From Bacteroidota bacterium (GTDB lineage: Bacteria > Bacteroidota > Ignavibacteria > Kapaibacteriales > NICIL-2): a stretch of DNA of 64,000 nt. Positions within the stretch are counted from its first letter, which is position 1; the number at the start of each line of letters is the position of its first letter. A program made the translations under genes and the position numbers. The stretch lies in assembly GCA_019695345.1 (NCBI GenBank), contig JAIBAE010000017.1, positions 563 through 64,562 of the forward strand, given 5' to 3'. Of the stretch, positions 41,091 through 49,999 are shown piece by piece. Below the pieces are notes generated by a model. The model searched no databases. It worked only from the letters and a program-made list of their open reading frames with translations, and had not been told where the DNA came from.

Positions 41091-41654
41091 TTGATGAAAG
41101 ACCTGGGAACATACACAGACGCTGCTCTATTTGCCCTATTAATGGCAAAGTCGAACGAACGCGAAAAAGCGTTTGCAGAGTTGTATTCGCGGTATTCGCA
41201 GAAGGTGTATTTGTATTGTTCTAAGGTTATGGGCAACCGCCAAGACGCAAACGACTTGTTTCAGGAAACCTGGATGAAGTTTCATAATGCAGCTGTTAAA
41301 GCAGAAGTTGTTGTTGAGAATGTTGGTGGTTATTTATTCAGAATTGCCCGGAACCTGTGCCTAAACAAGAAACGAAGTCAACAAAATGTTCACGTTACAT
41401 TCGAAGAGTTTTACGGTAGCACACACGACACCACATACGAGCAAAAAGAGTTTAACGAATTACTGAACAGAGCACTGGATTTACTTGACGTTGATTACCG
41501 CGAAGCTTTTGTGTTACATGAAATTGAAGGACTTCCCTACGATGAAATTTCGGTTATTACGGGCGATACAGTAGCGGCATTAAAAAACCGGGTGTGGCGT
41601 GCCCGTAAACAAATACGCCAGTTTCTTTCACCGTTTCTAATTGATGTACAATAA
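41091..41654 (+). CDS. ECF sigma factor
   Basis: Region 2 (DANDLFQETWMKFH) and region 4 HTH (EISVITGDTVAALKNRVWRARKQI). Confidence 0.85.
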   Translation: MMKDLGTYTDAALFALLMAKSNEREKAFAELYSRYSQKVYLYCSKVMGNRQDANDLFQETWMKFHNAAVKAEVVVENVGGYLFRIARNLCLNKKRSQQNVHVTFEEFYGSTHDTTYEQKEFNELLNRALDLLDVDYREAFVLHEIEGLPYDEISVITGDTVAALKNRVWRARKQIRQFLSPFLIDVQ

Positions 41655-41675
41655 GCAACAGTATGTTGCAAACGT

Positions 41676-42908
41676 ATGAATTATGATGATTTATTAAATG
41701 AATACTTGGATGGAACAATAAGCGAAAGCGCTGAGCAATCGTTATTTTCTGCCATGGCTCAGAACGATATGCTTCGGAAAGAATTTAACGAGGCATTGCT
41801 TCTGCGAACTGCCGTTCGGAACGATGCCGCAGGTGTTATTCCGCCGGCAGAGTTAACAGCAGCTGTATTTGCATCTGCAGGATACACCACAGCAAATGCT
41901 ATTACTTTGTGGTTAGCAAAGTATTGGGGTGTATTTACAACGGTATTCTTAACAGGCCTAGTTGTTTGGTTGTTGCTACATCGTAGTGGAGAGAACACAA
42001 ATTTTGCACAGATGCAAACAACCTCTATTATCCATGATACAGTGTATAATAACGAACCGCTTCCAACTGAACCAGCCCAACAAATACTCTCTGTCGAACA
42101 ATACAACATACTGTTACAAGACAATCAAAATTTGCATACATTAACCAATACCTTATGCGGTGAGATAAAAAATCTTCGTGAAGAACTGCAATTTGCAACA
42201 GTTAACAACCAACTTGCTACAATCAATACAACAAATAACAATGTATTATTACCCAAGAACAATTCCTCTGCGCCAGAAACCACATTAGGTCAATCAGAAG
42301 AGTCTATCAGAACAGCAACTCCAAGTTCTGTGTATTACGTACCCTTAGAACAACCAACCACTTTACGCAAAGTTGTTACCAATGCTCCAGACTTGTTTGG
42401 TGTATATCAGGAACACAACTCATTATGGGATATTTCTCTTCGTTCAACTTTAATGAAACAACAAAATGCCAATGAAGTTCCTACAAACGATAATATAGGT
42501 GTTACAAATGTTGTGGCAACCGGATTCTATAAATGGAGAGACTACGCACATGTTGGAATTGAAGTAGGCAGAGAACAATTTGCACAGGAATATACAACTA
42601 CCTTAAACAATGGAAATAAGGCAAATGTTTTACAAAACCCAACCTTGTTATGGGGTGGAATAAGCAGTAGATTTTTGTGGAGCAACTTTTTGAATCAAGA
42701 TGTTGCCACACCTTATTTACAACTAACTGGAGCATTAACATCAGTTGGTGAAATTGGAAGGGCTATGATAGGAGTTCATCTTAACTCGGGCTCGCAATTA
42801 CATATGATGCTTGGTGTAGAATCAGCTCAACTTTGGTACTCTGTGCAAGGCAGTAGTTATACCAGCTCTAAAGTTGGTTTGTTTTACGGTATATCATACG
42901 GATTATAA
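41676..42908 (+). CDS. Putative anti-sigma factor with a large periplasmic domain
   Basis: Follows the ECF sigma gene. N-terminal anti-sigma-like helix, TM segment (VFTTVFLTGLVVWLLL), periplasmic domain of about 300 aa. Confidence 0.5.
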   Translation: MNYDDLLNEYLDGTISESAEQSLFSAMAQNDMLRKEFNEALLLRTAVRNDAAGVIPPAELTAAVFASAGYTTANAITLWLAKYWGVFTTVFLTGLVVWLLLHRSGENTNFAQMQTTSIIHDTVYNNEPLPTEPAQQILSVEQYNILLQDNQNLHTLTNTLCGEIKNLREELQFATVNNQLATINTTNNNVLLPKNNSSAPETTLGQSEESIRTATPSSVYYVPLEQPTTLRKVVTNAPDLFGVYQEHNSLWDISLRSTLMKQQNANEVPTNDNIGVTNVVATGFYKWRDYAHVGIEVGREQFAQEYTTTLNNGNKANVLQNPTLLWGGISSRFLWSNFLNQDVATPYLQLTGALTSVGEIGRAMIGVHLNSGSQLHMMLGVESAQLWYSVQGSSYTSSKVGLFYGISYGL

Positions 42909-42910
42909 CA

Positions 42911-43651
42911 ATGAAATATGTTCAACAGACCATTTTCATCTCAGTACTTACAACAGTTTGTTTACTAATACAAAGCTGTACGTCAAGCGAGGATTTATTA
43001 ACTCCCAGAGTTATTACAGAATTAACCAACGGTATTGATACTATGAGCGTAGTATCCATTCAAGTATCAACAACACTAAATGATATAAGGCAAGATGTTG
43101 GAACAAAAGCAAGCAACTATACGGCTGTAGTGGTAAAGAAAGATTCGTTACTCTTTGTAAACCTAACAGCGGATTTTCAATCAACAGAACAACGTACATT
43201 ACCAATCTCGCTACTACAATCTAAACTAAAAACAGGACTTCGCTTGGCTTCAGGTAAAAGTTATTCAAACAATGGGAATAGTAACGATACTACATATACT
43301 ACATTTAATTTTCATGTTACATATTTTACATACGATACAACCACGCGGGACAGTCTGTTTGTAAAAGGACTAAAAAGAGATTCTACACAACAAAAAATAG
43401 ATACTCTTTGGGATAGTGTTAAAGTAACTAAAGTTGTAAGTGTACTAAACAGCGATTCAGTAAATGTTAGGCCATCCACCGTTAGTTCCGGAGTAGATAA
43501 CGCACTAATGACGATGGCACACTATACCACAGAAAAACGTATTCTTTGCACATTAACCTACACAACACAAGGCGATAAGAACCTATATACTCGTTTGTAT
43601 AATAACAACGCAACTCTGACGATATCCTTCGAGATATTTTATAAAGAGTAG
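42911..43651 (+). CDS. Lipoprotein, third gene of the ECF sigma module
   Basis: Lipobox LLIQSC. Ser/Thr-rich. Confidence 0.45.
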   Translation: MKYVQQTIFISVLTTVCLLIQSCTSSEDLLTPRVITELTNGIDTMSVVSIQVSTTLNDIRQDVGTKASNYTAVVVKKDSLLFVNLTADFQSTEQRTLPISLLQSKLKTGLRLASGKSYSNNGNSNDTTYTTFNFHVTYFTYDTTTRDSLFVKGLKRDSTQQKIDTLWDSVKVTKVVSVLNSDSVNVRPSTVSSGVDNALMTMAHYTTEKRILCTLTYTTQGDKNLYTRLYNNNATLTISFEIFYKE

Positions 43652-43659
43652 GTGTGTTC

Positions 43660-43815
43660 CCCTTCTGTGCCGAAGCTACTGGCCAGCGCGCAGACCCGGC
43701 GCGAACCGCTCCACTTTCTATCGCAATTATACCTGATGTTTAAAACAACTGCGCCGCTGTACCGTTCGTTTCCGACCGGGTTGCGGCGCATGAGATTTGC
43801 TTCGGCTTGTGCCGG
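43660..43815 (+). repeat. Family-1 intergenic repeat, copy D (full length)
   Basis: ctgtgccgaagc ... cagcgcgcagacccggcgcgaacc ... ctgcgccgc ... tccgaccgggttgcggcgca ... gcttcggcttgtgccgg. Confidence 0.8.
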
Positions 43816-43844
43816 AAATCTACATTATTTAACTACCTCTATAT

Positions 43845-44846
43845 TTAGACAGCAGCTAAACGTCTGTCAAATACTGCTTGTATATGCTTCAACAATTCGG
43901 TGAGCTGAGGTTTAGTAAGTTGAACCTCTGCACCAACTGCCTGCCCTTTGTGAATAACATCTTCATTTACTAACGAAGAAAACAATGCCACCGGAATACT
44001 ACCTAACATTGGATGTGTCTTAATTCTGCGCGTTAAAGAATAGCCATCCATTTGCGGCATTTCGATATCGGTAATGATAATATCGGGTAGTTTTAATTCA
44101 GGGTTCTGCGCTTTTTCGCTGATAAATTTCTCACACCGTTGCCAGGCAGATGCACCATCGGAAAATGCTTCGATTGCAAACCCTGCATTACGTAATTGTG
44201 AAACTATCATTTGGCGAATGGTTGGAGAATCATCTGCAATCCACGCCGTTTTGCCTGCCATAGTTCCAACTAAGTGCTGCTCTACATTCTGAATGCCAAG
44301 CTCTGGTTGTAAGTCAACAATAATTTTTTCCACGTCAAGTAGAAGTATATTTTTTTCGGGAAGTTTTACAATACCAACAATAGTTGCGTTATTACCTGCA
44401 AACTGGTTTACAACTCCCGGTTCTTCAACTTGCTGCCAGGAAAAACGATAAATGCGTGTAACCATATCCACAATAAAACCAAATCGCAAGTTGTTAAACT
44501 CCGCAATAATCATTGTGCGGTTGTTTGACTGATTGTAGGATTTGTACAAGTACTTGCGTACGTCAATTGCTGTAATAATATTATTACGCATGTTAAAGAC
44601 ACCAACAATAGATTCTGGCATATTGGGCAGTACTGTAATATCCGGCATACGGATAATTTCTCTGACCTTTGCAACGTTTATACCGTATGATTGCTCAACA
44701 GTTTCGCCTGCTTGGTTGGTAAACGACACCATGAATTCAATGATTTCAAGCTCGTTAGTGCCTGTTTCAAGTAAAATGTTGGTTTTCATCATAGTACACC
44801 CAAGTGGATTTGTGGTTTTTCTTGTTGTATCGTCAGTTTTCTTCAA
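43845..44846 (-). CDS. cheV: Chemotaxis protein CheV (CheW-like domain plus receiver domain)
   Basis: N-terminal CheW-like domain and a C-terminal REC domain (DDSPTIRQ...phospho-Asp in ITDIEMP...K). Confidence 0.8.
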   Translation of the reverse strand: MKKTDDTTRKTTNPLGCTMMKTNILLETGTNELEIIEFMVSFTNQAGETVEQSYGINVAKVREIIRMPDITVLPNMPESIVGVFNMRNNIITAIDVRKYLYKSYNQSNNRTMIIAEFNNLRFGFIVDMVTRIYRFSWQQVEEPGVVNQFAGNNATIVGIVKLPEKNILLLDVEKIIVDLQPELGIQNVEQHLVGTMAGKTAWIADDSPTIRQMIVSQLRNAGFAIEAFSDGASAWQRCEKFISEKAQNPELKLPDIIITDIEMPQMDGYSLTRRIKTHPMLGSIPVALFSSLVNEDVIHKGQAVGAEVQLTKPQLTELLKHIQAVFDRRLAAV

Positions 44847-45277
44847 ACATTTAACAGAGACTGACTATTTTTGTGAAGTATGATTAACCAGCGGCAGCCA
44901 TATTCGCTTAAAAAGCAAACTCATCAAGCACTTCGGGCTATATTGCTCTGTGCTTTTATAGGAATGCTTGCCGGGCAGATTTTACATAGGCACGATATTG
45001 CTCATCATTCAACCCCGGAGTTACACTCTATTGCTCATTTAGGTTATAATACAGCACTTGATGAATCTTCCTGCCAGTTTTGTCATCATACTGTTCTTCC
45101 ATGCGATATAATTTATACGTTTCAGCTTTTAACATTGTTTGAAACTGTAGCATGTTCATTTGATACATACTTATCCTTAAACCATAGCCATTTAAAGTAT
45201 AACCTCCCATCTCGTGCACCACCCTTAACATAATATTCTCAACGTTTATATTTTGTAAAACATAAAGAAAGAGCAAC

Positions 45278-47632
45278 ATGATACTCCGACTTGTCATGTC
45301 TGCTTGTTTTTTTGTATCAGTTCACGTTCAGTGTGCACCGTTTCAAGGGATTAACTTTACCGGAGTTGTATCCGATAGCATAACACAGTTGCCAATTCAA
45401 GGTGCAACAGTCATGTTAATAGAACTGCACAAACGCGACATCACCCACGCAGATGGTAGTTTTCACTTTCAAGACTTCCCAAAAGGAAGTTATTCAGTTG
45501 GCATCAGATATCCGGGATATAAAGATAAAGTGTTAAAGATTACTGTTGTTCACGATACCATGGTAAAGGTGTTACTAACACCGTGGGTAATAGAAAAACA
45601 AGCGGTTATAGTTGAATCAAAATCCCTGAAATCTACTCTTGCCAATACTCAAACTCCGGTGGTGTTAACACCTGCGGAAGTTGATGTTCACCGCGGACAA
45701 ACTCTTGGGGAATCGTTACAGGATATACCCGGTGTGACTTTACTGCAAACTGGCGCTTCTGTTTCCAAACCTGTTATTCATGGGCTTCATAGCCAGCGAA
45801 TTGCTATTGTAAATAGTGGTGTAATACAAGAAGGTCAACAATGGGGTGCAGAGCATGCTCCTGAAATAGATGCGTTCGCAAGTAATAACATAGAAGTCTT
45901 AAAGGGTCCTGCCAGTGTAGAGTATGGTGCCGGAGCATTAGGTGGTGTGATACGCGTTGAGTCAAAGGAATTTCGTTATAATGGTTCTCTTGGAGCAACC
46001 CTTTTCCTAAATGGCTTTTCAAACTCAAGGCAAGGTGCAGCATCATTTCAAGCAGATGGCGGAAACCTTCCATGGTTCGACAATACAGGTTGGCGTACTC
46101 AATTTACTTACAGGCGTGCAGGCGATTCACAATCACCTCTGTACACTCTCTCAAACACAGGATTTCAGGAGATTAACGGTAACATTGGGCTGGGAGTATT
46201 AGGTGTAAAAAGTGGCTATCAACTTTCCTACTCGTTGTTTACTTCTTTAGCAGGAATATTAAGTGCATCGCACATAGGTAATGTGAACGACTTGCAGCGA
46301 GCTCTTGAAAGTGGGTCTCCAACTATTGTAAAAGATTTTACCTATACCATCAATCCGCCAAAACAACAGATTGAACACCATACTGTTAATCTGAATACAT
46401 TCTTTATGTTACCCGTTGGAAAACTGGAGATGCAATATGGATGGCAACGCAATGACCGTTATGAGTTTGATGCACATAACTCACGGATTACAGATACTAC
46501 CTATCTGCAACAGTATCTTAATACACCGGCCATGAACCTATCACTATCAACATATTCCCTATCAGCTAAACTACATCATCACGAAATTGGAAGTATTAGT
46601 GGTGTAGTTGGCTTAAACGCGGCACGGCAACGGAATGTACGAGACGGAAGAGTTATTCTTATTCCAGATTATACCTCTTATTCTGTAGGCGGTTTTATCT
46701 TAGAAAACTACACAACTCAGGACTGGGCATTTACAGTTGGAAGCAGATATGATTGGCAAATATTAACTGTTAATCCTTTAAGCAAAACCGGTGCTTCCCT
46801 GCCCGATTCTACTTTTACCTTTACATCTTTTTCCGGCGCATTAGGTGTATTACGGCAACTCTCACAAGATTTTACCATTGCACTTAATCTATCATCCGGC
46901 TGGCGACCTCCGCAGGTTAGTGAGTTATATAGTAACGATGTACATCACGGGACAGCTCAATTCGAAATAGGCACTACATCTTTGTTACCTGAACGTTCGT
47001 ACGCTGCTGATGTTTCTTTGCATTATAACACCGACCGAACACGCACAGAACTCAGTGCCTATGGTAACTATATAAACAACTACATTTTTCTATTACCCGA
47101 TAAAGACCACCCAACGGTTACAATTCGAGGTGTGTTCCCTACTTTTTATTACACACAAGCGAACTCTGTGATTTCAGGTATAGATGCAACTGCAGAGTAT
47201 CAATTTACCCCTTGGATACGAGGGGGTTTACTTGGTGCTATTGTTCGTGGCAACAACGTTGATAGCAAAGAGCCATTACTTAACATGCCTGCCGATAGAA
47301 TTACGGTAACATTGCATCTTCACACCGACGATGTTTGGGGATTTCACGAACCATTTATTGAGGTGCGAAGTAATTTGGTAGCACAACAAACCCGTTACCC
47401 TGTAAATGTTGACCTTGCAAATCCACCACGTGGCTATACATTGTTTTCGCTTCAAACCGGTGGAACAGTTCCTCTGCTGGGTACACACATTAAAGCAACA
47501 TTGGAAGCAACAAATGTTTTTAATACAGAGTATCGTGATTATCTTAGCAGGTATCGTTACTTTGCATTAAATGCCGGACGCAATATTATTCTGCGAATTA
47601 CAATACCAATGGGTGTGTATGCTTCGGAATAA
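45278..47632 (+). CDS. TonB-dependent receptor (CarbopepD_reg + plug + barrel)
   Basis: Carboxypeptidase-regulatory-like N-domain, plug motif (VLKGPASVEYGAGALGGVI), and a barrel of about 550 aa. Confidence 0.8.
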   Translation: MILRLVMSACFFVSVHVQCAPFQGINFTGVVSDSITQLPIQGATVMLIELHKRDITHADGSFHFQDFPKGSYSVGIRYPGYKDKVLKITVVHDTMVKVLLTPWVIEKQAVIVESKSLKSTLANTQTPVVLTPAEVDVHRGQTLGESLQDIPGVTLLQTGASVSKPVIHGLHSQRIAIVNSGVIQEGQQWGAEHAPEIDAFASNNIEVLKGPASVEYGAGALGGVIRVESKEFRYNGSLGATLFLNGFSNSRQGAASFQADGGNLPWFDNTGWRTQFTYRRAGDSQSPLYTLSNTGFQEINGNIGLGVLGVKSGYQLSYSLFTSLAGILSASHIGNVNDLQRALESGSPTIVKDFTYTINPPKQQIEHHTVNLNTFFMLPVGKLEMQYGWQRNDRYEFDAHNSRITDTTYLQQYLNTPAMNLSLSTYSLSAKLHHHEIGSISGVVGLNAARQRNVRDGRVILIPDYTSYSVGGFILENYTTQDWAFTVGSRYDWQILTVNPLSKTGASLPDSTFTFTSFSGALGVLRQLSQDFTIALNLSSGWRPPQVSELYSNDVHHGTAQFEIGTTSLLPERSYAADVSLHYNTDRTRTELSAYGNYINNYIFLLPDKDHPTVTIRGVFPTFYYTQANSVISGIDATAEYQFTPWIRGGLLGAIVRGNNVDSKEPLLNMPADRITVTLHLHTDDVWGFHEPFIEVRSNLVAQQTRYPVNVDLANPPRGYTLFSLQTGGTVPLLGTHIKATLEATNVFNTEYRDYLSRYRYFALNAGRNIILRITIPMGVYASE

Positions 47633-47694
47633 GCTATCGCAAGCGGTTCCAAACAACTAATTTCAAAACAGCAATCATTACACCGGACAGTATC

Positions 47695-48186
47695 TTGGCT
47701 ACAACAAAACATGTATCGTTTATTATAGCTTTTCTGTTTACATTTTATACAGAAATTTTTGCAGGAAGTACATTAAATGAATTACTTCCCGGAACATGGT
47801 ATGTACAAAAGATGGAATTGATGAGTACGCGGTTACTAACACGCCAACAGCAACGGAAGTTTACCGCTACAAAACGAAAGTTAGAAAAAACGAACAACCA
47901 AATAACAAGCGGCACTATAATTATCAGGGTTGATTTCAAAACAGATAGCTCTTATAATTACAAGATGACGGAAAACCACAGAGTGTTTTATTTTGAACGC
48001 GGGAATTGGCGCTATCAAGATAGTGTGATGCAGGCGTTTAATCTAACTCACGAAACTGACCGTTCATCGTTCAATAACGAAAAGACAGTTACTCTTACAC
48101 CCGATACATGGATTGTAGAATTCACTGTATTAGGAAACAACAGCGGTATAAAACAACGAATTATTTACAAGAAAAAGTCTAACTAA
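47695..48186 (+). CDS. Hypothetical secreted protein (lipocalin-like?)
   Basis: Signal peptide, 163 aa. Confidence 0.35.
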   Translation: MATTKHVSFIIAFLFTFYTEIFAGSTLNELLPGTWYVQKMELMSTRLLTRQQQRKFTATKRKLEKTNNQITSGTIIIRVDFKTDSSYNYKMTENHRVFYFERGNWRYQDSVMQAFNLTHETDRSSFNNEKTVTLTPDTWIVEFTVLGNNSGIKQRIIYKKKSN

Positions 48187-48197
48187 ACAATACAAAT

Positions 48198-48740
48198 ATG
48201 CGATACACATTTTTAACACTTCTTACACTCGGACTGATTTTTTCGTCGTGCGAAAAATCATCAACACCATCCAATACCGAACATTCCGAACCAACTAAAT
48301 TGGTTATTACATTAACAGACATTACAGATGCCTCAAAAACATCCACGTTTAGTTGGAGTGATGCAGATGGTAGCGGTGGTGCTGCGCCTATTATTGATAC
48401 TATGAAAGTAAATGCCGGTAAAACATACCGCGGTACTATCAAGGTTTATGATAACAAGAATACCGATATTACTTCCTCAATACAAAACGAAAAAGACGCA
48501 CATCAGTTTTTCTATCAACCTAAAGATGGCGTTGCTATTCGGATGAGCGTTGGAGTTAACGACAAAGACAGTAAAAATCTTCCGGTTGGATTAGATATTA
48601 CTGTAAGTGTTCTTACTGGTGGCAGTGCTTCCGGATTACTTAATGTAGTGTTAAGTCATTTCGATGGTATAGTGAAAGATGGGACAACAAAAAGTCCAGA
48701 GAGCGATATAGATATTGATTTTCCTGTAAGGATTCAATAA
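48198..48740 (+). CDS. Hypothetical lipoprotein
   Basis: Lipobox IFSSC. Confidence 0.4.
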   Translation: MRYTFLTLLTLGLIFSSCEKSSTPSNTEHSEPTKLVITLTDITDASKTSTFSWSDADGSGGAAPIIDTMKVNAGKTYRGTIKVYDNKNTDITSSIQNEKDAHQFFYQPKDGVAIRMSVGVNDKDSKNLPVGLDITVSVLTGGSASGLLNVVLSHFDGIVKDGTTKSPESDIDIDFPVRIQ

Positions 48741-48759
48741 TTTTTACACAATGATTGCC

Positions 48760-48848
48760 AGTGCGGGACAGTGAGATACTGTCCCGCGATAAGCTTGTGT
48801 TTTGTTATTGTGTTATGGCGCGGTCTGCGATAGCAAAATATTATTCCA
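48760..48848 (+). repeat. Family-2 bipartite element with an extra perfect hairpin at box A
   Basis: gcgggacagtgagatactgtcccgcgat ... ggcgcggtctgcgatagcaaaatattatt. The tail ends on the czcB stop (complement). Confidence 0.7.
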
Positions 48849-49992
48849 AATCTCCCCTCTTCATAGAACTCAGTAACATAAACGCTCCTTTACCAACAAC
48901 TTTAGAAGACTGTAATGTTACAGCAGAACGTATAGCCACCATATTCGCTACGCGTTGCAGTTGTTGAACCTGTACCATTGTATAAGTACGATTACTGGTT
49001 TCAACAAACACATATTGCTTACCGGCATCCTGAACTATTGAAGTTTCGGGCACCGTTAGTTCTGTTGTAGATGGTGTGTTGATTGCAGCTTGTAAAAACA
49101 TACCAGGCAAAACATGAGGCGCTCGGTTATCGAAGTGACAATGAACAATTGCATTGCGGTTCTCGTTGATGTTTTGCGATATAAGTATTATACGGGCTGA
49201 GTGGGTATCGTTGGGAATGTTTGGTAACGTAATACGCACTGTTTGACCAATTGCAATTGTTGGTAAATCTTTTTCGAACACGTTTAGCGAAGCATGAATA
49301 TCGGAGGGATTCACAATCTCGGCTATGGTCTCGCCTGACTGAATGTACTTTCCAATGTTCGACGTTACTTTACTAACAAAACCATTAATGGAGGAACGTA
49401 TTGTAATGCTGCGCGAAATAGTTTCCTCGGTTAATGTTTTAGGATTAATACCAATCAGCAGGAGTTTTTCCGAAAGAGTTTTTTCCGTAACTAGAATTGT
49501 TTTATATTCAGCCTCTGTTTGTTCAACATTTCTACCGGAAGTAGCTTCAGTTTTATACAACTCAGTTTGACGTTGGCGTTCTTTATCAAGCAATGTGTGT
49601 TTAATTTTTGTAGCTAAGTACTCCTGTTGTAGTTGCAGAAAAACGGGGTCTTCTAATCTTGCTATAACCTCACCTTGCTTAACATGACTTCCGGGTAAGA
49701 CAGTAATATCTTTAAGTATTCCGCCATAGTTTGAGCTAACCGAAATCATTGATTGCGGCGGAACATCAACAGTACCATTAACCAGTATTGTTGTTGCTAC
49801 CTGTTGTTGAAGTGGAAGTTGGGTTTCGATACCAGCATTTTGAAATTGTTTTTCTGTAAGTGTTACTGACTGTTGTTGTGTACCGGATACTGTAGTTTTT
49901 TCAGGTGGCGTATTTTGTTTTTGGCTACACGCCAACAAAAACAGCACAACAATCTGTGTAACAATAAATATTTTTTTTCTGTAATGATTCAT
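48841..49992 (-). CDS. RND efflux periplasmic adaptor subunit (HlyD/CzcB family)
   Basis: Biotinyl-lipoyl-like, beta-barrel and MP domains. Probable start is MNHYRKK at 49992, 8 nt after the czcA stop. Confidence 0.8.
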   Translation of the reverse strand: MNHYRKKIFIVTQIVVLFLLACSQKQNTPPEKTTVSGTQQQSVTLTEKQFQNAGIETQLPLQQQVATTILVNGTVDVPPQSMISVSSNYGGILKDITVLPGSHVKQGEVIARLEDPVFLQLQQEYLATKIKHTLLDKERQRQTELYKTEATSGRNVEQTEAEYKTILVTEKTLSEKLLLIGINPKTLTEETISRSITIRSSINGFVSKVTSNIGKYIQSGETIAEIVNPSDIHASLNVFEKDLPTIAIGQTVRITLPNIPNDTHSARIILISQNINENRNAIVHCHFDNRAPHVLPGMFLQAAINTPSTTELTVPETSIVQDAGKQYVFVETSNRTYTMVQVQQLQRVANMVAIRSAVTLQSSKVVGKGAFMLLSSMKRGDLE

Positions 49993-49999
49993 AAATGTT

